NCBI GenBank assembly: GCA_044356215.1
Contig: JBIKWQ010000030.1
Span: forward strand, 1-37,842
Direction: 5' to 3'
DNA from: Bdellovibrionota bacterium
GTDB taxonomy: Bacteria; Bdellovibrionota_C; UBA2361; OMII01
Length of the DNA: 37,842 nt
The translations under genes and the position numbers were made by a program. Shown in pieces: positions 1 to 8,730 of the stretch (positions are counted from its first letter, which is position 1; the number at the start of each line of letters is the position of its first letter). Under the pieces are notes generated by a model. That model searched no databases. It was not told where the DNA came from and saw nothing but the letters and a program-made list of their open reading frames with translations.

Positions 1-79
1 ATTTTTTCCTCCCCAAATTCACCTATCCACCTGTCAGATAGCCCCAAATAAACCGTCTAAGACCCCAAAAATACTCCAA

Positions 80-517
80 ATGGCCGACTTCCTGAGGGGG
101 ATAAAAAAAGAACTGCGACGCCCTAAATGGAGGCTTGCCTTCTTTGATGATGGGTACATGGTATTCATTCAAGCAACAGAGGCCGAGCGTGTCGGGATCC
201 CAACATACAAACGCCTAAATCCATTTATGGAACAGGATAAGGTCATTAAGGATAACCCTGTTGCTGCATCTGAGCTTACTGCCGACTATGAGCTGGGCGA
301 AAAGATTAACCCGGATTCATTGGCATTCCTTGCCATGAAGTCTTTTTTCTTAAAGAAGCAGGGGCGCATTGCTGACCTTCAGGTAACGCTAGACCGGATT
401 GCTGGACTCTGCGCACGCAAGGATCCATCTCGCGGGTGTAGGCGCATAGCGGCTCGACAGCTCATTAGATTCGGCCGATACAGTCAGGCAAAGGAGCTCG
501 CACCGGAGGAGTTGTAA
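80..517 (+). CDS. hypothetical protein (145 aa)
   Basis: ATG ORF with protein-like composition and a helical C-terminus (AARQLIRFGRYSQAKEL). No family recognised. Confidence 0.6.
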   Translation: MADFLRGIKKELRRPKWRLAFFDDGYMVFIQATEAERVGIPTYKRLNPFMEQDKVIKDNPVAASELTADYELGEKINPDSLAFLAMKSFFLKKQGRIADLQVTLDRIAGLCARKDPSRGCRRIAARQLIRFGRYSQAKELAPEEL

Positions 518-696
518 ATGGCTCTAGCGTAAAGGATATGATGCGCCTCGGGTTTTATGGATTATAACCAGCACCTTACCTTGCCTTGATATCCCGGGAA
601 AATGCGCTCCCCACTGGGGAGGTTTGTTAGCTTTGCTGAAAAAGTTATAGTGGCGGTGCCGCGCATAGCCGTTTTTAAGCAGGGGGTTTACCACAG

Positions 697-1266
697 ATGT
701 TTACTAAGACTACTCAGCCATATTTGCCCGGAGTAGATTGGAAAAAGCTTCCAAAGACGTACGTCATCAACAGGAATGGCGCTTTAGATCTACGGCTGCC
801 GAAACTCATTCGTCTGAGTGAATTCTCTCAAGCACCCAACTTGCGATTTTATTCAAAAGCTGAAGCCTTCATACCAGAGGTCGCGGCTTCTTGCGAATCT
901 TTCATGGATCCTCGTCGTGGAGAGGATGCCGTTTCAGCCCTACGTCGGAATCTTCAGACAGACCCGTTAGATTGTCTAAGAGTAGTCTCGAGAGCCATCT
1001 CCCACAAACAAGAGAATATAGATTCGGTTGTCCCGGCCTTGATTACACTGATGAGCGATCCTCAGGTAAACACGGGTCAAAAGGAGAGATTTATGGACTC
1101 CCTCAAATGTTTTGCAGCTGAGATGCGAGCCTCTGAGAAGCTGACCGATGAATTATATGGATCTCTATCCAAAATGAACGTCAATCCCAGAACTGCGCAC
1201 CATATGGCCAGATCAATCAAGTTATACTTCCATTTGCTAGAAGAGGAAGCAAAGCTTTCACTTTAA
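697..1266 (+). CDS. hypothetical protein (189 aa)
   Basis: ATG ORF preceded by G-rich AGGGGG. Looks mostly helical; no family recognised. Confidence 0.65.
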   Translation: MFTKTTQPYLPGVDWKKLPKTYVINRNGALDLRLPKLIRLSEFSQAPNLRFYSKAEAFIPEVAASCESFMDPRRGEDAVSALRRNLQTDPLDCLRVVSRAISHKQENIDSVVPALITLMSDPQVNTGQKERFMDSLKCFAAEMRASEKLTDELYGSLSKMNVNPRTAHHMARSIKLYFHLLEEEAKLSL

Positions 1267-1292
1267 TGATTAGCTGCCAGCCCTCCGCCGGT

Positions 1293-1344
1293 TTCTCCGC
1301 TGGTACATACTAGATTGCTTCTCCGCTAGTACATACTAGATTAC
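1293..1344. repeat. 2 x 26-bp tandem repeat, each copy containing a CTRGTA-CA-TACTAG hairpin
   Basis: TTCTCCGCTGGTACATACTAGATTGC (1293-1318) and TTCTCCGCTAGTACATACTAGATTAC (1319-1344), read directly from the sequence. Confidence 0.9.
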
Positions 1345-1486
1345 CTCAATCTGACAGCTGAGAAGCTCGGACACACTTATCCGGTTGCACTATACCAAGC
1401 TCCACCCAGAAAAACAGACTTATAACCCGCTCCGTCTCTCTAATGTCCCCAAGCAACTATCACCCACCTTGCTCGAACACTTATGC

Positions 1487-2488
1487 ATGCCCAGACAAAT
1501 CAGAATCATATGCGAGGATACTCTCTATGAGATCGTTCCTAGAGCGCGAGAGGGGCTGCCCCTCCCCCCAACTGAGACATCTAACCAGCTACTGGCTGGT
1601 ATACTTGCTCGTACCCAGAGGGACGATAAGGTTACCCTTTGTAACTTCGTGGAGATGAACAGCCACTCTCACCAACACGTAATCCCGACAGACGCTTATA
1701 AAATCACGAAGTTTTACATGGAGTATCAGAAGAAGATTACTGACTCTGTCCGCAAGTTAACTAAATTAAAGAGCTTGCAGCTCTGGGAAGATCGTCCGAG
1801 CGTCATCAAGGTTGCCCAGCTTGAGGATGTAATTAAGCGAATAATTTATTTATTCCTTAATCCGGCGAAAGCCGGACTTGTAGCCAGCATCGATCAATAT
1901 CCTGGCCTAAGCTCATGGCAGGCATTTAAAACGTGCGAGCCCTCCGTTGATGCAAAATATATCACCAAAGCCCACTGGACCCCCGCATCTGCGCTTGAAA
2001 CCTTACCAGATGGAAACAAACTCTCCCCGTTTCAAGACCAAGTAATGGCTAAACGCCTAAGAGAAAAGAAATGTACTATTGAATACGACCTAGTTATTCA
2101 ACCCTTGGCGTGGTTAAAAATCTACGGTATTACCAATCCTAGAGAGGTAGAGGCTATAAGACAGCGAATCATCACCGCCGTGTATGCGGAGGAGTCGGCC
2201 CTGGCTAAACAACGTGAAGATAAGGGCCTATCAGCTATTGGAGCTGAAAAACTAAAGAGACAGCAATACCTTAGACCTCATACGCCCAAGAAAAAAGAGC
2301 GCCGTATATTCGTTATCTGCGCCGACAATGAGCTGCGCCCAAAAATAATTGCCGATCATAAGGAGACTGCCCGTAAACATAAAAAATGTTCAGAAAACCT
2401 CCGAAATGGAATTCCTCAAGAGTGGCCGCCAGGAACTTTTATTCCTTGGCGGCCGCCTGCGACATTCAGTCCTGCCGGTGGCGGCTAG
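1487..2488 (+). CDS. REP-associated tyrosine transposase-like (RAYT/TnpA-REP, Y1 HUH) nuclease
   Basis: Begins MPRQIR; HUH motif VEMNSHSHQHV; catalytic Tyr region IIYLFLNPAKAGLV...YPGLSSW matches the RAYT pattern YxxxNPxxAGLV...Y.WSS. The ATG at 1487 is preferred to the TTG at 1385. Confidence 0.8.
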   Translation: MPRQIRIICEDTLYEIVPRAREGLPLPPTETSNQLLAGILARTQRDDKVTLCNFVEMNSHSHQHVIPTDAYKITKFYMEYQKKITDSVRKLTKLKSLQLWEDRPSVIKVAQLEDVIKRIIYLFLNPAKAGLVASIDQYPGLSSWQAFKTCEPSVDAKYITKAHWTPASALETLPDGNKLSPFQDQVMAKRLREKKCTIEYDLVIQPLAWLKIYGITNPREVEAIRQRIITAVYAEESALAKQREDKGLSAIGAEKLKRQQYLRPHTPKKKERRIFVICADNELRPKIIADHKETARKHKKCSENLRNGIPQEWPPGTFIPWRPPATFSPAGGG

Positions 2489-2766
2489 GTACCATAGGAC
2501 TTATCCCAAAAGCGACTTACTACCTCAACACTCTCGCGGGACAATAGGCCAAGCGAGCACATCGACGCGGAATTGCGAACACAGGCGAAAATGTCAGTGT
2601 ATATTGCCTTTGTTTAGCTTTTACCGTCAGTGGACCAAAGTGGAGCCAGAAATGGACCTGGTCACCGCGTCTATTAATAATTCGTGCTTTATTTGGGTCC
2701 CTCTGCGGGAAACGATCTCCCTAATTGCATGTCTCCGGCCGTCATAATTAGATGAAGGGCGCCCGA

Positions 2767-2790
2767 CTTCTCACTGGTACAGTGTACCAG
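2767..2790. repeat. hairpin CTGGTAC-AGT-GTACCAG preceded by CTTCTCA, related to the 1293-1344 units
   Basis: Perfect 7-bp stem at 2774-2790. It shares TTCTC..CTGGTACA with the upstream repeat. Confidence 0.55.
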
Positions 2791-2793
2791 AAT

Positions 2794-3159
2794 TTACATC
2801 GGTGCGGGTGTTAGGTCTGCATCAGACTCGTACAATAAAAACGGCGGCTTCTGCGGACCCCGAAGCGTATTCGCATTCCGCGGCTGACTTAACTCGCCCC
2901 TATCGATTAAGAGTTTCTCACAAGCCTCTCTTTTCACCTTGGGATTCTTCCTACACTCATACAGGAGCCTTGTTCGCTGCCCTATGAAATCGCGCTCCAT
3001 GTATTCCTTCAGATAGGCTCCAACGCTAGCGCAGGCAAGCACCACCAAAAGCGTAGTGATTCCCCAGACAAGCCCCTGCCTCGAGTCCAAATACTCTCGC
3101 ACATTCTGCCGTACACTGTACCTTGCCGGCTCACTCTTAGCGGCTGGCTTCTTCTGCAT
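2794..3159 (-). CDS. hypothetical single-pass membrane protein (121 aa)
   Basis: ATG ORF with one hydrophobic segment, GLVWGITTLLVVLACASVGAYL. Confidence 0.65.
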   Translation of the reverse strand: MQKKPAAKSEPARYSVRQNVREYLDSRQGLVWGITTLLVVLACASVGAYLKEYMERDFIGQRTRLLYECRKNPKVKREACEKLLIDRGELSQPRNANTLRGPQKPPFLLYESDADLTPAPM

Positions 3160-3413
3160 ATATCTTCCCGACAGCCATAGTTGACATATTAGCTACGGCG
3201 ACCAACAAACCCTGCACCATGATTATACTACTCACTTTTTAAGCGGACTATAGCCAATCGCTAAAGCCCCTTACGAAAAATCACCCCCCTGAGTCCTAAC
3301 CAAAATCAAGAAAGTGAAGTGTTGTCGAATTAGCCAGTTAGACTTATCTTAGAGCACCAGGAACCGTTTATTTCGGCCATCTCGATATCGCATATAAAAA
3401 ACAGGGTTACTCT

Positions 3414-4382
3414 ATGGACCAATCTCAGCAAATGACCGCCGGCCATATCTTCGAAAATATCAAACGAGAGCTGCGCAGAAGAGTCATCGGACAGGATCGC
3501 CTAGTCGATCGACTGCTTGTAGCTCTACTTGCCGATGGCCATATCCTACTCGAGGGAGTTCCCGGATTAGCTAAGACCCGCACCCTGCTTGCTCTGACGC
3601 AGGTAATAGACGCTCAGATGTCTCGTATCCAATTTACTCCGGATATCCTACCGTCTGACGTCGTGGGAACCGAAGTTTACCGACCTCAAAGTGGTGATTT
3701 CGTCATCCGCAAGGGTCCAGTTTTTACCAATCTCCTACTAGCGGACGAAATCAATCGGGCCCCCGCCAAGGTCCAGTCTGCCCTACTCCAAGCGATGCAG
3801 GAGCGCGAGGTAACTATTGGCGAGCAGACCTTCAAACTTCCGAATCCTTTTCTCGTCCTAGCTACTCAGAATCCACTCGAGCAAGAGGGTACGTACGCTC
3901 TACCAGAGGCGCAGGTCGATCGCTTCCTTATGAAGGTTATAATCGATTATCCATCTTTCGATGAGGAGGTAGGAATAGTCGACCTAGCGGCGAAAGAATC
4001 CCACTCGCCACCTCCCTTAGAGCGCGTTATTCCCCTCTCCGCTTTGAGTTCGCTTAAGACACAGTGCCAGCAGGTATACTCAGACCCCAAGGTTGATAGG
4101 TACATCGTCTCGCTTATTCATGCCACACGAGCCGCCGACTCGTACGGCTTAAAGGGCTTAGTCGAATGGGGAGCTTCCCCTCGCGCTAGTATTGCTCTGA
4201 AGGTCTGCGCGCGAGCTCACGCTTTTCTAAAGGGTAAGACCTTTGTGACGCCCGACGACGTTAAAGAGATAGCTCCTGATGTGCTGAGACATAGAGTACT
4301 AGTAACATTTGAGGCTGAAGCGCGCGGGATCAACAGTGATGAGGTTGTCAAAACACTTCTGGCATCCGTAGCGGTGCCGTAA
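3414..4382 (+). CDS. moxR: MoxR-family AAA+ ATPase
   Basis: Walker A GVPGLAKT, RIQFTPDILPSD, Walker B LLADEINRAPAKVQSALL, ATQNP, GASPRA. Confidence 0.97.
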   Translation: MDQSQQMTAGHIFENIKRELRRRVIGQDRLVDRLLVALLADGHILLEGVPGLAKTRTLLALTQVIDAQMSRIQFTPDILPSDVVGTEVYRPQSGDFVIRKGPVFTNLLLADEINRAPAKVQSALLQAMQEREVTIGEQTFKLPNPFLVLATQNPLEQEGTYALPEAQVDRFLMKVIIDYPSFDEEVGIVDLAAKESHSPPPLERVIPLSALSSLKTQCQQVYSDPKVDRYIVSLIHATRAADSYGLKGLVEWGASPRASIALKVCARAHAFLKGKTFVTPDDVKEIAPDVLRHRVLVTFEAEARGINSDEVVKTLLASVAVP

Positions 4383-4404
4383 CTTACCACCCAAAGATCA
4401 TCTC

Positions 4405-5283
4405 ATGCAGCAACCTTCATTTGCGCTACCAGCAGAATTACGCCGAATCCAACTTAGGTCTAGAAAGTTGGTTACTGGAGACCTGCTTGGGCAGTATCGC
4501 TCGGCATTTCGCGGGTCTGGTCTCATATTCTCCGACCTGAGAGAATATCAACCAGGAGATGATATTAAGCATATTCACTGGAAAGCTACAGCCAGAACCG
4601 GAACTGTATTCGTTAAATCATACGAGGAAGACAGACAGCTTCGAGTAATGCTCGCTGTAGACACTAGCTCCTCAATGCGAGCGGCGATCGGGCAGCAGTC
4701 TTTCTCAAAAGCACTTGAGTTCTGCGCGTTAATCGGATCCTTCACTCAGCGGGGAAACGATCTCCTCGGACTACAACTCTTCGCCGATAAGCCCGGAATT
4801 TTCTTGCCACCCAAGTCTGGGTCCAAGAGCTTTAGCCGGATTCTATCAAGCCTCAGCGAAGAATATCCGCAATCGGCGCCATCCACGGACACCGCCGCGG
4901 CTCTCGATCACATCTCCGTTACGGTAAAGAAGCCGAGTATTGTATTCGTTGTCTCTGACTTTGAGTGCGCTGATTTCTCCGATGCGCTGAGAAGACTCGG
5001 CACAAGGCATGATGTTATATTGGCGCAGATTCAGCCATCTCTAGAGAACCTGCCGCGCGCTGGATTAGTGACATTTCGGGACGCTGAGTCAGGAGAGGTC
5101 TGCTGCGTTGATACAAGTAGCAAGGCAGTTCAGCGGGCCTGGGGCAAAGCTCTAGAACTGCGGCGTTCAGTCACAAGGGAGATCGCCAAACAGTCAGGAG
5201 CGGATCACTTCGTTATTACCGACAGCGCCTCACGGCCGCTTATTCAACTTATGAAAGAGAGGGTAAAGAGGATCTCAAGATAG
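4405..5283 (+). CDS. DUF58 / vWA-like protein (MoxR partner)
   Basis: GSGLIFSDLREYQPGDDIKHIHWKATAR, MIDAS-like VDTSSSM, VVSDF; lies directly after moxR. Confidence 0.93.
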   Translation: MQQPSFALPAELRRIQLRSRKLVTGDLLGQYRSAFRGSGLIFSDLREYQPGDDIKHIHWKATARTGTVFVKSYEEDRQLRVMLAVDTSSSMRAAIGQQSFSKALEFCALIGSFTQRGNDLLGLQLFADKPGIFLPPKSGSKSFSRILSSLSEEYPQSAPSTDTAAALDHISVTVKKPSIVFVVSDFECADFSDALRRLGTRHDVILAQIQPSLENLPRAGLVTFRDAESGEVCCVDTSSKAVQRAWGKALELRRSVTREIAKQSGADHFVITDSASRPLIQLMKERVKRISR

Positions 5284-5285
5284 AT

Positions 5286-5795
5286 ATGGAGACACCTATC
5301 CCAACCCCTTTTGATATAATAGAGCCGGGGCCCGGAGCACTCGTACCAACCGGCATGGCTTGGATCCTCCTCTTATCCGTATCAATACTCATAGCCTCTG
5401 TCTCTCTCCTCAGGTCTCGAAAACCGGGACCCGCAAAGATATATCGCGCTCTTGAAAAATTATTATCTGAAATTAAACAGGCGACTGACAGCCTTTCCCG
5501 TCAAGGAGGTCTTGAGCGGATTATCCGATTAGCCAAACGAATCATCTCCCCATACCTTGAGACGGAGGCCGCGAGCCTAACATCGACCGAACTAAGGCAC
5601 CTATCCGAATCATATAAGGCCAAACATCAAGAAGCGACCGATGCTATCGCGGCGGGGCTTACCGCGCTGGCGGATCTGGAAGACTTAGCGTACGCCCCAA
5701 ATAGCTCAAATGACCAGCCAGACAAGCGAAGAGAGCTAGTAGCCGCGTTAATCAGCCGATTGGAATCGCTCGTTCGGGGGGTGAAGCCGATATGA
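5286..5795 (+). CDS. membrane protein of the bat operon (DUF4381-like position)
   Basis: Single N-terminal TM; sits between DUF58 and batA; ATGA overlap with batA. Confidence 0.7.
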   Translation: METPIPTPFDIIEPGPGALVPTGMAWILLLSVSILIASVSLLRSRKPGPAKIYRALEKLLSEIKQATDSLSRQGGLERIIRLAKRIISPYLETEAASLTSTELRHLSESYKAKHQEATDAIAAGLTALADLEDLAYAPNSSNDQPDKRRELVAALISRLESLVRGVKPI

Positions 5796-6784
5796 CGTTT
5801 GCTCTACCCGCCGCCTTCGTGCTTCCACTCATTTACTTCATCCTTCGCCTAATTGGCCGCCAAGGCGCGCAGATGAACGTATCCACACCTAGCGCGTCCC
5901 TATTAAAGAGCCTACCTGTCAGCTGGCGCCTGCGTCTTCGGGCTCCGGTCTTAATAGCTCTTGAGTTAGCTACAATCGCTACTCTTACAGTGGCCGCAGC
6001 GCGCCCGCAGCGCGTAACGATAATTGAGCAACCGAGCCTCGCCAGAAATATCATGCTCGTTATCGATACTTCAAACAGCATGTCGGGGGAGGACTTTCCA
6101 ACTAAGTTTGGTGCGACATCCCGAATGGAGGGTGTTAAAACCGTGGTCGCTGAGTACGTGCGAACTAGGCGCGGGGATCGCGTCGGACTAGTTGTGTTTG
6201 GAAACACCTCGTATCTTCAGAGCCCATTAACTAACGACACCCTCTTGGTTGAAAAGTTAGTAGAACAGCTACAGCCTCGAATGGCCGGAGACGGGACGGC
6301 GATTGGTGATGGCCTGGGACTGGCTCTCAAGAGACTGCGGGATGTGGAAGCTCGCTCAAAGGCGATAATTCTCATGACCGATGGCGTTAATACCGCCGGA
6401 CAGGTCAGCCCCCTAAAGGCCGCGCAGATCGCGAAGGACCTAGGGATTCAGATCCACACTATTGGTATAGGAACCGGAACCGTAACCCTAAGCCAGGATC
6501 CTTTTGGTGGACTTCTAGGGGCCCCGGCGGGGCCAAAAGCTGAATTTGATGAGGCTACCCTGAAGGAGATCGCCAAGATGACCGGTGGCGTATATTTTAA
6601 TGCTACCTCGCTAGAAGGTTTTAAAGATGTCTACCGCCAGATCGATGAATTGAACCAAACCGAAACCCAGCAACCTCAGCAGCCCATTATTCATGAGCTT
6701 TTCACACCTTGGTGTTGCGCGGCATTAATCACCCTGTGCGCCTCGATCTTATTGCAGGCCACAGTCTTTCGGAGGATCCCATAA
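5792..6784 (+). CDS. batA: BatA-like vWA domain membrane protein
   Basis: N-terminal TMs, AARPQ, IDTSNSM (MIDAS), DRVGLVVFG, GTAIGDGL, ILMTDG, TGGVYF, C-terminal TM. Confidence 0.92.
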   Translation: MTFALPAAFVLPLIYFILRLIGRQGAQMNVSTPSASLLKSLPVSWRLRLRAPVLIALELATIATLTVAAARPQRVTIIEQPSLARNIMLVIDTSNSMSGEDFPTKFGATSRMEGVKTVVAEYVRTRRGDRVGLVVFGNTSYLQSPLTNDTLLVEKLVEQLQPRMAGDGTAIGDGLGLALKRLRDVEARSKAIILMTDGVNTAGQVSPLKAAQIAKDLGIQIHTIGIGTGTVTLSQDPFGGLLGAPAGPKAEFDEATLKEIAKMTGGVYFNATSLEGFKDVYRQIDELNQTETQQPQQPIIHELFTPWCCAALITLCASILLQATVFRRIP

Positions 6785-8730
6785 TGATCTCGAACGAATA
6801 CGGCGTGATTACCCCAGTTAACTCCATCTTCGCCCTCCTGCTTCTTGTAGCGATAGTGTTCGAGGCGCGTGGAGCGAAGCTAAGAGCCGCCGCCGCCAAG
6901 ATATTTGGGGTGACTCTCGCTGGCTCTCGACTAGCGCGAACGATAGTGACTATGGCTTGTGGCACTCTCTTGGTCTTTGCCTTAGTGAGACCGTTTTGGG
7001 GCTACGAGGACATTAAAACTGAGAGCCATGGATCTGATGTAATATTCTTAGTTGATATTAGCCGCAGCATGTACGCGCAGGACCTTCCACCATCACGCAT
7101 TGAGATTACAAAACGAAAAATTAAGGATCTGATTCAGGCCTTAACTGAGAATGGAACCGCTGCAAGATTTGGAATTACAGTTTTCGCTGGTGACGGATAC
7201 ACTGTCTGTCCAGTTACCACAGATCGCGGCGTTCTCAAGCAGTTCATCGACGTCATCTCCCCGGATTTAGTTAGTAGCTTAGGATCTAATCTAAAGGCCG
7301 GAATAAACGCCGCTCTAGGTCGCGTTGATGAAGCTACTGCAAAATCGTCTCGAATAATACTCTTCTCTGATGGCGAGGACAATTTCCTCAACGAGACTCC
7401 ACTGGTGAATGAAATCAAAACAAAAGGAGTCAGACTAGACGTACTGGGCGTCGGAACTCTAGAAGGATCCAGCATTATTCTTCCAAACGGCTCCTCGGTA
7501 GTAGATAGCTCACGTCGACCGGTGACAAGTGTGCTGAACGAGGCTCCGTTACAAGCCCTAGCATCCGCAGGTGGTGGAGTCTATACCAGAGCCACTCTAG
7601 ATGACTCTGATGTCGCCAAGCTTGCGCGCCCCGGCGGATCGCTTAATCTCTCAGCTTCTAAAAACCAAAGTGAGATAAGATCATATCGGGAATTTGGACC
7701 TTGGCTAGCTCTAGCGGCGCTGGCGCTGATCTCACTTTCAGCCTTAAACAAGAGAGCCAACCCGTTTTTGGTCCTGCTTCTTGCCCCCTCCCTATACCTC
7801 TTTAGTGTACGAAACGCTCACGCGACGCCAACGCCAGATCCAAATCAAAATGGGATCGCGTTCTTTCAATCCCCGTTTAGCTCGTATCAGAGTGGAGACT
7901 ACGCTAAGGCGATCGAGGAGTATTCAACCGCGCTTAAAAAGGCACCTGGCGATCGCTCCCTAATGTTTGGACTCGCTAGCTCTCTTTACAAATCCGGAAA
8001 ATTACAGGAGAGCGAACAGATCTTCAAGAAATTGGCGGATTCGGCCCAGAGTGGGCGTGAATTCTTTGAGAGTCGTTACAATCACGGGAACTCCTTGCTT
8101 GCCCTTAAACGCTATCAGGACGCCATGGACGCGTATTGGAGCGCGCTAGACGTAAAACCTGATGATGCCGCTGCTAGACACAATCTGAGTATCGCCAGGG
8201 CTCTCTTGGAGGCACAACAAAGAGCCACCCCTACTCCCACCCCAACCCCAAGTCAAAAACCGAGTCCAGATGCCACTCCATCACCAAACCCGGAAAACTC
8301 TCCCACACCCAATCAAGATCAATCTGACGAGAAGAGAGAGGGTTCTCCATCCCCAAATCCAGAGCAGAGCAACTCGCCTAATCCTAGCCCTGAGGCTCAA
8401 AGTTCACCAACGGCGGCGGCCTCTTCCTCGCCATCCGATCCGAGCAGTACACCTCAATCTAGCCAGGAGAGATCGACAACTCCCGGCTCGACACCAACTG
8501 CATCAGAGCAGGAATCCCCCGTTCCCCAACCCCAGGATACACCTGAGGAGCGGCTAAAAGAGTCGGTAGACCCGAGCTCTCAGGAGCTAGACAATCCAAA
8601 CGCGACATCATTACCGGAAACTAATCAGGCTGTACCAGAGGCGCAAGCGTGGCTAGAATCCCTCCCTGACTCACCACTGTTAATCAGGAGGCACCACGGC
8701 GTTCCAAATCAAGGAAATCAGACATGGTAG
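6784..8730 (+). CDS. batB: BatB-type vWA fused to a BatC-type TPR region and a Pro/Ser/Thr-rich tail
   Basis: VDISRSM, PSRIE, LFSDGED; TPR-like YNHGNSLLALKRYQDAMDAYWSALDVKPDDAAARHN; tail AWLESLPDSP. The start is placed at the TAATG overlap at 6784. Confidence 0.88.
   Translation: MISNEYGVITPVNSIFALLLLVAIVFEARGAKLRAAAAKIFGVTLAGSRLARTIVTMACGTLLVFALVRPFWGYEDIKTESHGSDVIFLVDISRSMYAQDLPPSRIEITKRKIKDLIQALTENGTAARFGITVFAGDGYTVCPVTTDRGVLKQFIDVISPDLVSSLGSNLKAGINAALGRVDEATAKSSRIILFSDGEDNFLNETPLVNEIKTKGVRLDVLGVGTLEGSSIILPNGSSVVDSSRRPVTSVLNEAPLQALASAGGGVYTRATLDDSDVAKLARPGGSLNLSASKNQSEIRSYREFGPWLALAALALISLSALNKRANPFLVLLLAPSLYLFSVRNAHATPTPDPNQNGIAFFQSPFSSYQSGDYAKAIEEYSTALKKAPGDRSLMFGLASSLYKSGKLQESEQIFKKLADSAQSGREFFESRYNHGNSLLALKRYQDAMDAYWSALDVKPDDAAARHNLSIARALLEAQQRATPTPTPTPSQKPSPDATPSPNPENSPTPNQDQSDEKREGSPSPNPEQSNSPNPSPEAQSSPTAAASSSPSDPSSTPQSSQERSTTPGSTPTASEQESPVPQPQDTPEERLKESVDPSSQELDNPNATSLPETNQAVPEAQAWLESLPDSPLLIRRHHGVPNQGNQTW

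Noticed and set aside
607..627. CTCCCC-ACT-GGGGAG hairpin as a terminator or REP
   Set aside because: Only a 6-bp stem with a 3-nt loop, a weak U-tract and a single copy.
1293..1344. 26-bp repeats as a mini-CRISPR
   Set aside because: Only two adjacent copies and no spacer.
2349..2747. 132-aa ORF overlapping the RAYT 3' end as a TnpB-like partner
   Set aside because: TTG start, out-of-frame overlap, too short, and no RuvC or zinc-finger motifs.
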